A program made the position numbers and the translations under genes. DNA of 64,000 nucleotides from Squalus acanthias (taxonomy: Eukaryota): contig CM059431.1 in the NCBI GenBank assembly GCA_030390025.1, forward strand, positions 134,976,001 to 135,040,000, given 5' to 3'. Below, piece by piece: positions 38,128 to 51,989 of the stretch (positions are counted from its first letter, which is position 1; each line of letters opens with the position of its first letter). Under the pieces are notes generated by a model. The model had not been told where the DNA came from and ran no database searches. It saw nothing but the letters and a program-made list of their open reading frames with translations.

Positions 38128-38380
38128 GGGGGTAGAGTTTTGTCTCGTTTATGTTAGGAATGCAATCCAGGCGAAATCGGCCGAATCAGCGCAAAACATT
38201 GGGGAAATGTAATCATGAGTTATGCCCAAAACCATTTATTTTGTGTTTTCCGCAATCTTTTATGCTGGTTTACGATTCAATTCACCCACAAAACTGGTCA
38301 CACCCCAAGTTGACATTGCGAGATTCCACCAATTGCGCTGGTGAGGGAAGGCTCTTCAAATTGCACTCGTTTTCTTAAGC
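38128..38380. mobile_element. Possible truncated Harbinger/MITE end
   Basis: Starts GGGGGTAGAGTTT, like the other Harbinger termini, followed by CpG-richer sequence. No partner TIR found. Confidence 0.35.
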
Positions 38381-39341
38381 ACAAAGGCACTAGTATGCAC
38401 ATTTTAAAAGTTTTTTTCATATCAAAAAATATTTAATTTACTAAGAAACTGTCTAGTACATAAAAACATAAGAAGAACATAAGAAACAGGAGCAGGGTAG
38501 GCCATATGGCCCCTCGAGCCTGCTCCGCCATTCAATAAGATCATGGCTGATCATCGACCTCAACTCCACTTTCCCGCCCGATCTCCATATCCCTTGATTC
38601 TCCTAGAGTCCAAAAATCTATCTATCTCAACCTTGAATATACTTAAAGACTCAGCATCCATAGCCCTCTGGGGCAAAGAATTCCAAAGATTCACAACCCT
38701 CTGAATGAAGAAATTCCTCCTCATCTCGGTCTTAAATGGCCTACCCGTTAACCTGAGACTATACCCCTTAGTTCTAGACACTCCAGCCAGGGGAAAACAA
38801 CCTCTCAGCATCTATCCTCTCAATCCCCTTCAGAATCTTGTATGTTTCAATCTCTCATTCTTCTAAACTCCAGAGAGTATCGGCCCATTCTACACAATCT
38901 CTCGTCATAGGACAGCCCTCTCATCCCAGGAATCAATCTAGTGAACCTTCGTTACACCGTCTCCAAGGCAAGTATATCCTTCCTTAGATAAGGAGACCAG
39001 AACTGTGCACAGTACTCCAGGTGTGGTCTCACCAAGGCCTGTACAATTGCAGCAAGACTTCCTTACTCTTATACTCCAACCCCCTTGAAATAAAGGCCAA
39101 CATGCCATTTGCCTTCCTTATTGCTTGCTGTACCTGTATGCTAGCTTTCTGTGTTTCTTGCACGAGGACACCCAAATCTCTCTGAACACCAATATTTAAA
39201 AGTTTCTCACCATTTAAAAAATATGCTGTTTTTTTATTCTTCCTACCAAAATGAATAACCTCTCATTTCGCTACATTATACTCCATCTGCCACCATACTC
39301 CCCACTCACTTAGTCTATCTATAGCCCTTTGCAGACTCTTT

Positions 39342-40003
39342 GGGCTGGATTTTGAATGACCCATGGAGTCGGGTTTGGAGGCGTGTGGGGGGTTAAATTT
39401 GCGGGGTTGGGGTTTCCGACCCCAACCTGCCTCCACGCAATTTTGACAAAATCAGTCGCGGGGTTCCCAACTCTCTCCCGCCTCCAAGAGGCGGGAGAGG
39501 CCATTACAGCCCTTAACAAGCCCTAAATTGGGTCTGTAATGCTATTTTGAATCGTTGTAGCTAGTTTAACCCTTTTCTGACGTGAAGTACACCTGGTGTG
39601 AAACACTCCAGTGAAACCTGGCGGGAGCACAAGTGGATAGCTGACTATGAGCTGCAGGTCCACTATTATAACGGAGATGTGATGAAGGTGGTAGTAGTAG
39701 GTCTCTCTCTCTCTCTCACACACATATTTGCATCCAGTCCCACTCACATCAGAAGCAATGCAGACAGGTCCTCTCTCACCAGTAGCCAGACAATCTGAGA
39801 GCAGGCACTCAGCAATGATGACATCATCAGAGGCGGGTTTCAGACTGAAACCACTAATTAGTTCATGGGTTCCCACATGCTGCAACTCAATTGCCCAATT
39901 AAGTGAAAATTGCATCAGGCATCCACATTAATCTGGAGTCGGGGGGGAAACACGAAATGCGGATTACACGACCCCAACCCGACCCCAAGACAAAATCCAG
40001 CCC
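39342..40003. mobile_element. Harbinger-type MITE D (662 bp)
   Basis: Perfect 13-bp TIR GGGCTGGATTTTG / CAAAATCCAGCCC. TSD TTT at 39339-39341 and 40004-40006. Confidence 0.92.
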
Positions 40004-41995
40004 TTTGTGTTCTGCTCACAGCTTACTGTCCCGCCTAGCTTTGTATCGTCAGCAAACTTGGATACATTATACTCTAACCCTTCATCCAGGTCATTAATAT
40101 AGATTGTAAATAACTGAGGCCCCAGCACTGATCCTTGCGGCACCCCACTAGTTACAGCCTGCCAACCTGAAAAAGACCCGTTTATCCCGACTCTCTGTTT
40201 TCTGTCCGTTAACCAATCCTCTATCCATGCTAATATATTACCCCCAACTCCATGAGCTCTTATCTTGTGTAATAACCTTTTATGTGGCACCTTATTGAAT
40301 GCCTTTTGGAAATTCAAATATACTATATCCACTGGTTCCCCTTTATCTACCCTACTAGTTACATCCTCAAAAAACTCGAATAAATTTGTCAAACATGATT
40401 TCCCTTTCATGTTGACTGTGCCTAATCATGTTATGATTTTCTAAGTGCCCTGATACCACTTCCTTAACAATGGATTCCAGCATTTTCCCGACGACTGATG
40501 TCAGGCTAACTGGCCTGTAGTCCCCGGTTTTCTCTCTTCCTCCTTTCTTGAATAGCGGTGTTACATTTGCTACCTTCCAATCTCTGGGACCGTTCTAGAT
40601 GCTAGGGAATTTTGGAAGATCAAAACCAATGCATCCACTATCTCTGCAGCCACCTCTTTTAGAACCCTAGGATGTAGGCCGTCAGGTCCAGGGGATTTGA
40701 CGGCTTTTAGTCCCATTAGTTTCTCTAATATTTTTCTCTACTTATATTAATTACGTTGAGTTCCTCACCCTCATTAGACCATTGGTTCCCCACCATTTTT
40801 GTTATGCTTTTTGTGTCTTCGACTGTGAAGACAGATACAAAATATTTGTTTAATGTTTCTGCCATTTCCTTATTCCCCATAATAATTTCTCCTGTCTCAG
40901 CCTCTAAGAGATCAATGTTTACTTTTGCTACTCTCTTCCTTTTTACATACTTGTAGAAGCTCTTACAATCTGTTTTTAATTTCTTGCTAGTTTTCTCTCA
41001 TATTCTATTTTTTCCCTTTTTATCAACTTTTTGGTAATCCTTTGCTGCTTTCTGAAACTCTCCCAATAAATAGTGGTGGGAAAGGTTCAAGTGAGGGGAA
41101 ATTTAGAAAGTTAAAGAGAAAGGACAGGGCAATAGTGCAGGGTAGCGATGTGGGCAATGAAAACCAGAGTGTGACAGGAAGGGACAGAGCGTACAAACAT
41201 AAGCTCAGAGTAAGGAAAAATGATAAAAAGACAAAATTAAAGGCTCTTTATCTGAATGCATGCAGCGTTCATAACAAGATAGATGATTTGACAGCACAAA
41301 TAGAAATAAATGGGTATGATCTAATACCCATCACAGAGACATGGTTGCAATATGACCAAGGCTGGGAACTGAATATTCAGGAGTATTTGACATTTTGGAA
41401 GGATAGACAGAAAGGAAAAGGAGGTGGGGTGGCTCTGTTAATAAAGGATGAGATCAGTACAGTAGTGAGAAATGATCTTGGCTCGCAAGTTCCAGATGTA
41501 GAATCAATTTGGGTGGAGGTAAGAAATAGTAAGGGAAAGAAGGCACTGCTGCGAGTCGTCGATAGGCCCCCTAACAGTAGCTACACTACAGGACAGAGAA
41601 TAAACCAAGAAATAATGGGGGCTTGTAAGAAAGGTACTGCAATAATCGTGGGCGATTTTAATCTTCATATAGATTGGACAAATCAAATTGGCAAAAGCAG
41701 CCTTGAGGACGAGATCATAGAGTATATTCGGGACAGTTTCTTGGAATAGTACATTGTGGAACTGACCAGGGAACAGGCTATTTTAGATCTAGTAATGTGT
41801 AATGAAACAGGATTAATTAATGATCTCATAGTAAAGGATCCTCTCGGGAAGAATGATCATAAAATTATAGAATTCCACATTCAGTTTGAAGGTGAGAAAC
41901 TTGGGTCTGAAACTAGAGTATTAAACTTAAATAAAGGCAATTACAAAGATATGAGGAGAGTTGGCTGGGAAAGTAAATTAGAAGGTAAAACGGTA

Positions 41996-43470
41996 TTTCT
42001 TGGCTTCAGGTGTGGTGCTGGAGGACTGCTAATGTCGTACCCTTGTTTAAAAAGGGAGAAAAGGATAGACCGATTAATTACAGGCCAGTCAGCCTAACCT
42101 CGGTGGTGGGAAAATTATTGGAAAGAATTCTGAAGGACTGGATAAATCTTCATTTAGAAAGACACAGATTAATCAAGATAGACAGCACGGATTTGTTAAG
42201 GAAAATTCATGTCTGACACACTTGATTGAATTTTTTGAGGAGGTAACAAGGAGGGTAGATGAGGGTAGTGCGATTGATGTAGTGTATATGGACTTTAGCA
42301 AGGCTTTTGATAAGGTTCCACATGGCAGACTGGTCACGAAGTTAAAAGCCCATGGGATCCAGGGCAAAGTGTCAAGTTAGATTCAAAACTGGCTCGGAGG
42401 CAGGAAGCAGAGGGTAATGGTTGATGGGTGTTTTGTGACTGGAAGGCTGTTTCCAGTGGGGTTCCGCAGGGCTCAGTACTAGGTCCCTTGCTTTTTGTGG
42501 TATATATCAATGATCTAGACTTGAATATAGGGGGTATGATTAAGAAGTTTGCAGATGATACTAAAATCGGCTATGTGGTTGATACTGAAGAAGGAAGCTG
42601 TAGACTGCAGGAAGATATCAATAAATTGGTCAGGTGGGCAGAACAGTGGCAAATGGAATTCAATCTGGAGATGTGTGAGGTAATGCATTTGGGGAGGGCT
42701 AACAAGGAAAGGGAATACATATTAAATGGTAGAACACAGAGTTGTGTAGAGGAACAAAGGGACATTGGAGTGCATGTCCACAGATCCTTGAAGGTAGCAG
42801 GCCAGGTAGATAGGGTGGTTAAGAAGGCATACGGAATGCTTGCCTTTGTTAGCCATGGCATAGAATACAAGAGCAGGGGGGTTGTACTTCAACTGTATAA
42901 AACACTAGTTAGGCCTCAGCTAGAGTACTGCATGCAGTTCTGGTCACCACATTACAGGAAAGATGTGATTGCACTAGAGAGGGTACAGAGGAGATTTACA
43001 GGAATGTTGCCGGGAGCAGAGAATCTTAGCTATGAGGAAAGACTGGATAGGCTGGGTCTGTTTTCCTTGGAACAGAGTAGGCTGAGGGAGACCTTATTGA
43101 GGTGTATAAAATTATGAGGGGCCTAGATAAAGTGGATAGAAAGGACCTATTTCCCTTAGCAGAGGGGTCAAAAACCAGGGGGCACAGATTTTAAGTAATT
43201 GGTGGAAGGTTTAGAGGGGATTTGAGGGGAAATTTCTTCACCCAGAGGGTTGTGGGGGTCTGGAACTCACAGCCTGAAAGGGTGGTAGAGGCAGAAACCC
43301 TAACCACATTTAAAAAGTACTTGGATGTGCACTTGCGATGCTGTAACCTGCAGGTCTATGGACCTAGAGCTGTGAAGTGGGATTAGGCTGGATAGCTCTT
43401 TGTTGGCCGGCGCAGACACGATGGGCCGAAATGGCCTCCTTCCGTGCTGTAACTTTCTATGATTCTATGA
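41996..43470 (+). mobile_element. Nested 5'-truncated CR1
   Basis: ORF 42428-43117 has [10 protein letters not shown] and FADD; tail TTCTATGATTCTATGA. Confidence 0.9.
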
Positions 43471-43796
43471 AAAGCAGTGGCAGACATTTAAAGAGATATT
43501 TCATGACTCTCAACAAAGATATATTTCAGTGAGAAAGAAAGACTCGAAGAGAAGGATGAACCAGATATGGCTAACCAAGGAAGTTAAGGATGGTATCAAA
43601 TTGAAAGAAAAGGCATACAATGTTGCAAAGATTAGTGGTAGGCCAGAAGATTGGTAACATTTTAGAAACCAACAAAGGATGACTAAAAAAATAATAAAGA
43701 GGAGAAAATAGTTTATGAGAGTAAACTAGCAAGAAATATAAAAACTGACAGTAAGAGCTTCTACAAGTATATAAAAAGGAAGAGAGTAGCTAAAAT

Positions 43797-44925
43797 TCTT
43801 TGTTCCAGTCCTACTCAGGTCCCCTCCCTCACCTCTTTTTCTGGTACATCGATGACTGTATCGGTGCCGTTTCCTGCTCTCGCCCTGAACTAGAAAAGTT
43901 AATTCACTTTACTTCCAATTTCCACCCTTCCCTCACCTTCACATGGTCCATCTTCAACTCTTCTCTCCCGTTCCTTGACTTCTCTGTCTCCAATTTCTGG
44001 CAATAGGCTATCGACAAACATCCACTACAAGCCCAGTGACTCCCACAGCTACCTGGACTACACTTCCTCCCACCCCGCATCCTGTAAGGACTCTATTCCA
44101 TTCTCCCAGTTTCTCCATCTCCGCCGCATCTGCTCTGACGATGCCACCTTCCATACTAGTGCTTCCGACATGTCTTCCTTTTTCCTCAATCGAGGATTCC
44201 TCTCTACTGTGATTGACACGGCCCTTGACCATGTCCGTTCTATTTCCCACACTTCTGCTCTCACCCCTTCCCCTCCCTCCCAGAACCACGATAGGGTTCC
44301 CCTTGTCCTCACCTTTCACCCCACCAGCCTCCACATTCAACGGATCATCCTCCACCATTGCTGCCACCTCCAACGTGATCCCACCACCAAACGCATCTTC
44401 CCCTCACCTCCCCTTTCAGCATTCCGAATGGACCGCTCCCTCCGCGACACCCTGGTCCACTCCTCAATCACCCCTAACAGCCCTACCCCTTCGCCTGGCA
44501 CCTTCCCGTGCAAGCGCAGGAGATGTAACACCTGCCCTTTTACCTCCTCCCTTCCCACTATCCAAGGCCCCAAACACCCCTTCCAGGTGAAACAGCGATT
44601 TACTTGTACTTCTTGCAATTTAGTATACTGTATTCGCTGCTCACAATGCGGTCTCCTCTATATTGGGGAGACCAAACGCAGATTGGGCGACCGCTTTGCG
44701 GAACACCTCCATTCAGTCCGTAAGGGTGACCCTGAGCTTCCGGTCACCTGTCACTTTAATTCTCCGCTTCACTCCCACTCTGATCTCTCTGTCCTCGGCC
44801 TCTTACATTGTTCCAATGAAGCTCAACGTAAGCTCAAAGAACAGCACCTCAGCTTTCGATTAGGCACTTTGCAGCCTTCTGGACTCAACATTGAGTTCAA
44901 CAATTTCAGACTGTAACCCCTGCCT
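43797..44925 (+). mobile_element. Penelope-like element fragment (RT palm/thumb + GIY-YIG), tail absent
   Basis: YIDD and LPFLD in ORF 43800-44006. ORF 43975-44916 is highly similar to 23427-24173. Confidence 0.93.
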
Positions 44926-46562
44926 CCATTCTTCAGGCTGTATGATTTTGCCATCCCCATTTGCAACATTTTATCTTTCCTGCCTCCTACCTTAGCACAG
45001 AATGTTCCTTCAATTCGACAAGGTGCCACATAAAAGGTTACTGCATAAGATAAGAGCTCATGGTGTTAGGGTTAATATATTAGATTGGATAGAGAATTGG
45101 CTAACTAACAGAAAACAGAGAGTCAGGATAAATGGGTCATTTTCAGGATGGCAATCTGTAACTAGTGGGGTACCACAGGGATCAGTGCTGGGCCTCAACT
45201 ATTTTCGATCTATATTAATGACTTGGATCAAGGAAGCGAGTGCATTGTAGCCAAATTTGCGGACGATACAAAGATAGGTGGGAAAGCAAGTTGTGAGGAG
45301 GACATAAAGGGTCAGCAAAGGGATATAGATAGGTTAAGTGAGTGGGCAAGAATTTGGCAGATGGAGTATAATGTGGGAAAATGTGAAGTTAATCCACTTT
45401 GGTAGGAATAATAGAGAAGAAAAATATTTAAATGGAGAAAGACTACAAAATGCAGCAGTACAGAGGGATTTGGGTGTCCTCGTACATGGAACACAGAAAG
45501 TTAACATGCAGGTGCAGCAAATAATTAGGAAGGCAAATGGAATGTTGGCCTTTATTTCAAGGGGGATGGAGTATAAAAGTAGAAGTCTTGCTACAACTCT
45601 ATAGGGTGCTGGTGAGACCACACCTAGAGTACTACGTACAGTTTTGGTCCCCTTATTTAAGGAAGGATATACTTGCATTGGAGGCAGTTCAGAGAAGGTT
45701 CACTAGGTTGATTCCTGGGATGGAAGGGTTGTCTTATGAGGAAAGGTTGAGCAGGTTGGGCCTATACTCATTGGAATTTAGAAGAGAGGTGATCTTATTG
45801 AAACATATAAGATTATGATGGGGTTGGACAAGGTAGATTCTGAGAGGATGTTTCCCCTCGTCAGGGAATCTAGAACAAGGGAGCATAGTCTCAGACAGAA
45901 TAAGGAGGAATTTCTTCTCTCAGAGGGTTGTAAATCTTGGGAATTCTTTACCCCAGAGAGCTGTGGAAGTTGAGTCATTGAATATATTCAAGGCTGAGAT
46001 AGACAGATTTTTGAGGAACAGGGGAGTCAAGGGTTATGGGGAGTGGGCAGGAAAGTGGAGTTGAGACCAAAATCGGATCAGCCATGATCTCATTAAAGGA
46101 TGGAGCAGGCTCGAGGGACCGAATGGCCTACTCCTGCTCCTATTTCTTATGTTCTTATGTTCAATCCTCAGGCTTACTACGATTCTTCACAACATTATAA
46201 GCTTCTTTTTTCAATCTAATGCTATCCTTAACTTCTTTAGTTAGCCACGGATGGATCACTTTTCTCACTGTTGGAGTTTTTGTTTCTCAGTGGAATGTAT
46301 TTTTGTTGAGAATTATGAAATATTTCTTTAAATGCTAGCCACTGCTTATCTACTGCCATACCTTTGAATCTATTTTTCCAATCTACCTTAGCCAACTCGC
46401 CCTCATACCTATGTAATTGGCTTTATTTAAGTTTAAGACTCTAGTTTCTGACTGAGGCAAGTCGCTCTCAAACTTAATATGAAATTCTATCATGTTGTGA
46501 TCACTCTGCCGCAGAGGATCCATTACTATGAGATTGCTAATTAACCCTGTCTCATTACACAA

Positions 46563-47385
46563 TCGTGTATACAGGAAGACATTCATAAACCTGCAGAATG
46601 GGGGTGCAATTGGCAAATTAATTTCAATATGGATAAGTGTGAGGCGGTGCATCTTGGTCGGAAGAATAAGGAGGCCACATAATGCTTGGATAATTAGAGT
46701 CTGAATGGGGTAGAGGAGCAAAGAGATCTAGGGGTACAGATACACGAATCACTAAAAGTAGTGACGCAGGTTAATAATGCCATTAAAAAAGCAAACCAAG
46801 CACTGGGGTTCATTTCTAGAGGGATAGAATTGAAAAGCAGTGAAGTCATCTTAAACTTGTATTGAACATTGGAATACTGTGCACAATTCTGGTCTCCATA
46901 TTATAGAAAGGATATAGAGGCATTGGCGAAAGTGCAACAAAGATTCACAAGGATGAAACCAGAACTGAGAGGATATACTTAGCAGGAAAAGCTGAATAGG
47001 CTGGGGCTTCTTTCTCTAGAAAAGAGAAGGCTGAGTGATGAACTGATAGAGGTTGTTAAGATAATTAAAGGGTTTGATAGGGTAGACGTAGAGAAAATGT
47101 TTCCACTTGTGGGGGAGTCCAAAACTGGAGGTCATAAATATAAGATAGTCACTAATAAATGCAATAGGGAATTTAGGAGAAACTTCTTTACCCAAACAGT
47201 GGTGAGAATGTGGAAAACGCTACCACAAGGAATAGTTGAGGCAAATAGCCTAGATGCATTTAAGGGGATGCTAGATAAGCATAGGAGAGGGAAAGGAATA
47301 GCAGGATATGCTGGTAGGGTTAGATGAAGTAGGGTGGGAGCAGGCTAGTGTGGAGCATAAACGTTGGCATAGACCAATTAGGCCG
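46563..47385 (+). mobile_element. Old CR1 3' fragment
   Basis: ORF 47097-47327 (MFPLVGESKTGGH...FFTQ); same subfamily as 13479-15880. Confidence 0.82.
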
Positions 47386-47511
47386 ATGTAACCTGATGTA
47401 CACCAATGAAACTAGTAAATTGTTCAGTATAGTTTATTAAAGTCATTTTCAGTTATTTTAAATCAGGTTACTCATAGGTGGAGGACTGGACACTCTTATT
47501 AAAAATGCTTA

Positions 47512-47940
47512 TTTTTGACCCCGAGATGAGCTTCCCACCACATATTTGCGCCATCACTAAGACCGCATATTTCCACCTCTGTAACATTGCTCTGTAACAT
47601 TGCCCGACTCCACCCCCGCCTCAGCTCATCTGCTGCTGAAACCTTCATCCTTGCCTTTGTTACCTCTAGGCTTGACTATTTCAACACACTCCTGACCGGC
47701 CTCCCATCTTCCACCCTCCATAAACTTCAGGTCACCCAAAACTCTGCACCCCATATCCTAACTCACACCAAGTCCTGTTCACCCAGCACCCCCGAGCTTG
47801 CTGACCCACATTGATTCATGGTTAAGCAATGCCTTGATTTTAAAATTCTCACCCTTGTACCCATCTCTACCTCTGTAACCTCCTGCAGCCCTACAATCCT
47901 CTGAGATATCTGCAGTCCTCCAATTCTGGCCTCTTGATTC
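47512..47940 (+). mobile_element. L2 LINE ORF2 C-terminal fragment
   Basis: AYFHL.NIARL...AFVTSRLDY.N.LL.GLP...LQ..QNSA, a typical L2 signature. Confidence 0.85.
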
Positions 47941-48189
47941 CCTCTCCAGTGATTGTGTTTATGGCAACACCGTGCTCAATTACCCAAAACATTACCCCAG
48001 ATCTGAGACCAAGCAGAATTAAGCTGTACCAGGACCTTCTCGAATCAATGGCCCCCACGATCACAATAGCCTCGGCTCCGTTTTAAGAGGGTAGAAAATT
48101 CGCAAAACATTTACAAAAAACAGATTTTAGTAATAGTGTAAGGCTTTTGTCAGTTAACATTGAAATTTTCTTTTTAAATGTAGAACTGT

Positions 48190-48314
48190 TGTAATATACT
48201 TGGGTAGAACAAATGAAGGACAGAGACACGATGAGTTGCTAGTCCATGTACTGGCTTTATTAGGCCAGAGTGAACTGAGCATGCTCAAACCAAACCATGT
48301 GATAATACATTACA
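48190..48314 (-). repeat. 3' LTR (125 bp) preceded by a polypurine tract
   Basis: TG...CA ends. The minus-strand PPT AAGGGGGAA at ~48320-48328 is adjacent. AATAAA lies on the minus strand inside the LTR. Confidence 0.9.
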
Positions 48315-49957
48315 CTGCATTCCCCCTTAAAAAAATGTATGTATTCCCCTCTCAAATACAACAAAACTATGGTCTCACCTTTCCCAGCATTACATGTACC
48401 ACATAACAAAACTCCTGGCTTTTTTTCTTTTAAATGAACTACAAACCCAGTTTAATAACAGGTTTGTAGAGCCCTCCTGATCTCTGTACAGAAGGTTTTG
48501 GTGTTGAACCAATTTTCGGGCTGTTTTGTTTTGGTTCCAAACTCAAAGATGATCCTATTTCTATCTCAGACTTGTTTGAACCTATGGCCGGAATATTCTG
48601 GGGTCCCTGCGGCGCGATTGGAGGTGGGTCGGGTGGGAAATTTAAAATAAGTTGCAGCGGGTCGGGGACCCGCCGTCATCCCACCCCCAGGTGCCATTCC
48701 CTTGGGCGTGTTTGCCGGTGTGGCAACGACCCGACCTGCACAGGTGGGTGAACTAATTCAAATCATTAACATGTATTTGTCAGACTGTTAAGAGCGTTTT
48801 TCAGCCTAGCTTTCGAATTTCCCTGGCTGACCTCAGGATTCACGCAGCTCGGGAACCACGTCTGTCAGCCTGAGGCGGGAGTTGAGTGGCCATTGCTCCA
48901 GCCGATTAGATGATAGCATGAAATGTACTGTAAAACCTCCTACCTTACAGCTGGTCACTTTCCTCAGGCAGAAGCGGTTGCTGACTGCATCCCCAGCACA
49001 CATTTCGCTTTCTACAGGCTGCAAGTGTTTCCAGCAAAGTCGCTATCCAGTCTCACCTCATTGTTACAACCTTTTTACACCACTGACAGCTTGCTCCTCT
49101 GATCTCGACTTGATCTGCCATCTATTCGATCAGCATGGGTGCCGTTTATACTGTCTCACCTTGGTCCTCAGAATCGGACCATGATGAGCCCCAACACCAG
49201 CAACACCAACAACAACACCACCAACCTTCTCCTCAACCACCTGATGCTCCACAGAACAGAGGGCATCAGCGCAGGCCTGCACCGCGCCAGAGACGATACC
49301 CCCAACACAGGGTATACAGGCAGCGGATGAGCTTCCTCAACATAACTGAGCAGCAGTGCCAAAGGAGGCTCAGGCTATCGCATCAGGTTGTCGCATACAT
49401 TTGCACATTGCTCGAGCAAAAGCTGCAACCCAGAGGTGCGGGTGGACACGCATTACCAGTGGCTGTCAAAGTCACCAGCACCCTCAACTTCTTCACCTCA
49501 GGTTCCTTCCAGGGATCTGCAGCAGACATTTGCGGCATCTCGCAGTTGGCCGCCCACAGATGCATCACACAGGTCACCAATGCCCTCTTTGACTAGTCAG
49601 CCAATTATATCAACTTTGCCACTGATTAAGCCAATGTTACTGAGCGGGCGCTTGGCTTTACCACTCTGGCTGGCTTCCCATGGGTGCAGGGCATCATCGA
49701 CTGCACACGTGTGGCCATCAGGGCACCCCATCATCACTCTGGAGTCTTTGTCAACCGCAAGGGCTTCCCTTCCCTCAATGTGCAGCTCGTCTCCATAGGA
49801 AGATCATCATTCATGTGTGCACCAAATTCCCTGGCAGCTGCCATGACTCTTTCGTCCTTCGCGAGTCCACCCTCCCTCAGCTCTTCACTCCTCCAAACAG
49901 ACTTTCTGGCTGGCTGCTTGGAGACAAGGGCTATCCACTGAAGACGTGGCTCATGAC

Positions 49958-51334
49958 TCTCTTAGGCAGTCCCTCGGAACCGAGGATGACTTGCTTCCAC
50001 ACTAAAACTGAGTTCTCAGGTGACTGATGAGTCCAATGCGGGACCTACAGTCACAGGTGGGGCAGACGGTGGTTGAAGGGGCGGATGGGTGGGGTGCTTG
50101 GGTTGACGTGCGCTCCTTCCGCTGTTTGCGCTTGGCTTCCGCTTGCTCCCGGTGAAGAGGCTCAAGGTGTTCGGTGCCTTCCCGGATGGCTCTTCTCCAC
50201 TTTGTGCGGTCTTGGGCCAGGGATTCCCAGGTGTTGGTGGGGATGTTACACTTTTTCAAGTAGGCTTTGAGGGTGTCCCTGAAGCGTTTCCTCTGCCCAC
50301 CTGGGGCTCTCTTGCCGTGTCGGAGCTCCGAGTAGAGCGCTTGTTTTGGGAGTCTTGTATCGGGCATGCGGACAATGTGGCCCATCCATCGGAGCTGATC
50401 GAGCGTGGTCAAAGCTTCGATGCTGGGGATGTTGGCCGGAGCGAGAACACTGACGTTGGTGCGCCTATCCTGCCAATGGATTTGCAGGATCTTGCGGAGG
50501 CAGCATTAGTGGTACCTCTCCAGTGTTTGAGGTGCCTGCTGTACATGGTCCATGTCTCTGAAGCATACAGGAGGGCGGGTATCACTACTGCTCTGTAGAC
50601 CATGAGCTTGGTGCTGGGTTTGAGGTCCTGGTCTTCAAACACTCTCTTCCTCAGGCGACCGAAGGCTGCACTGGCACACTGAAGGCGGTGTTGAACTTCG
50701 TCACGACGTCTGCCCTTGTTGACAGTAGGCTCCCGAGGTATGGAAAGTGGTCCACATTGTCCAAGGCCTCGTCATGGATTTTGATAATCGGGGAGCAGTG
50801 CTGTGTGGCGGGGGCAGGTTGGTAGAGGACCTTTGTCTTACGGATGTTTAGAGTAAGGCCCTTGTTCTTGTATGCTTCGGTGAAGGTGTTAACGATGGTT
50901 TGGAGTTCGGCCTCAGAGTGTGCGCAGACGCAAGCGTCGTCTGCATACTGTAATTCGATGACAGAGGATGGGATGACCTTGGATCTGGACTGGAGGCGAC
51001 GGAGGTTGAACAGTTTCCCGTTTGTTCTGTAGATTAGCTCCACTCCAGCGGGGAGCTTACTGAGGGTGAGATGGAGCAGTGCAGCTAGGAAGATCGAGAA
51101 GAGCGTTGGTGCGATGACACAGCCTTGCTTGACCCCGGGCCATACGTGAATTGGGTCTGTGATGGATCCGTTGGTTAGGATCACGGCTTGCATGTCGTAG
51201 TGAAGCAGGCGGAGGATGGTGACAAACTTTTGAGGACAGCCGACACTCCATAATCCCTCAAGGTTGACGGTGTCGAAGGCCTTTGTGAGGTTAAAGAAGG
51301 CCATGTACAGCGGTTGGTGCTGTTCCCTGCATTT
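49958..51334 (-). mobile_element. RTE-clade LINE, 5'-truncated
   Basis: GVKQGCVIAPTLF, LQYADD, FPYLGS, LLYASETW, LRWMGH..RM and a C-terminal C..C...H motif. 22-bp TSD at 49936-49957 and 51335-51356. Confidence 0.93.
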
Positions 51335-51413
51335 CACTGAAGACATGGCTCATGACACCCTTGAGAAGACCAAGTACTGAGGCCCAGGAGAGATACAATG
51401 AAAGCCACGTTTC

Positions 51414-51488
51414 CTCAAAATACGCTTCAGATGCCTTGCTCAAAATACGCTTCAGATGCCTTGCTCAAAATACGCTTCAGATGCCTTG
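51414..51488 (+). repeat. Perfect 3 x 25-bp tandem repeat inside the transposase
   Basis: CTCAAAATACGCTTCAGATGCCTTG three times. Confidence 0.95.
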
Positions 51489-51989
51489 ACAGATCTGGAG
51501 AAGCCCTTCAGTATGCACCAGCCAGCATCTCCAGAATGGTCGTGGTCTGCTGTGCCCTGCACAACATAGCGCAGCAGCTAGGATTAGCGCTACATGAGGA
51601 GCAAGGCGCTGAACGCACAGCCTTTTCAGAGGAGGAGGACGAGCATCAGCTGTTAGACGAGGAGGAGCAGGAACTGGAAGAACCTGCGGGCCAGATCCCA
51701 CCAGCACCCGAGCACATTGCTGCCCGGGAGGCCAGGGATGGCCTCATCATGTCCAGATTTACTTAACTTTATGCAGTACACCCATATGGCTGCCACATGC
51801 TGCGCCAGGTTGGCACCACCCCACAGCAACACCATAAAGGATTCTTACAATGACCAAGCCATTCCTTTCACACTGACCACCATTGCTGGAGGTACTGTTA
51901 GGTATCACCATTCACTGCAACTCACTAAGCTGCTTCCAAAGGTGCACACAAATGTGTCCAAGACGGAAAAGTGGTGAAAATAAAGATTT

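Larger units (their letters stand above)
41068..46161 (+). mobile_element. CR1 (endonuclease to 3' tail), itself interrupted by another CR1 and a Penelope element
   Basis: ORF 41042-41749 has YLNA, ITETW, GGGVAL and GDFN. It resumes at 43471 (KQWQTFKE) and at 45014 (FDKVPH). Tail is (TTCTTATG)n. Confidence 0.88.
38466..46562 (-). mobile_element. CR1 ORF2 fragment split by MITE D and by a nested plus-strand CR1 block
   Basis: Tail at ~38466, RT ORF 39964-40410. ...SKPED|WESFRK is joined across 46165/41064 with CAAT duplicated. Endonuclease SDH motif near 46500. Confidence 0.88.
49135..51766 (+). pseudogene. Harbinger transposase of element G, interrupted by an RTE
   Basis: [39 protein letters not shown] and CCALHN motifs; Q/H-rich N-terminus. 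Confidence 0.9.

Noticed and set aside
38095..38130. Plus-strand splice acceptor TTTCTTTCTTTCAG
   Set aside because: No convincing exon or donor follows; the sequence runs into a probable transposon end.
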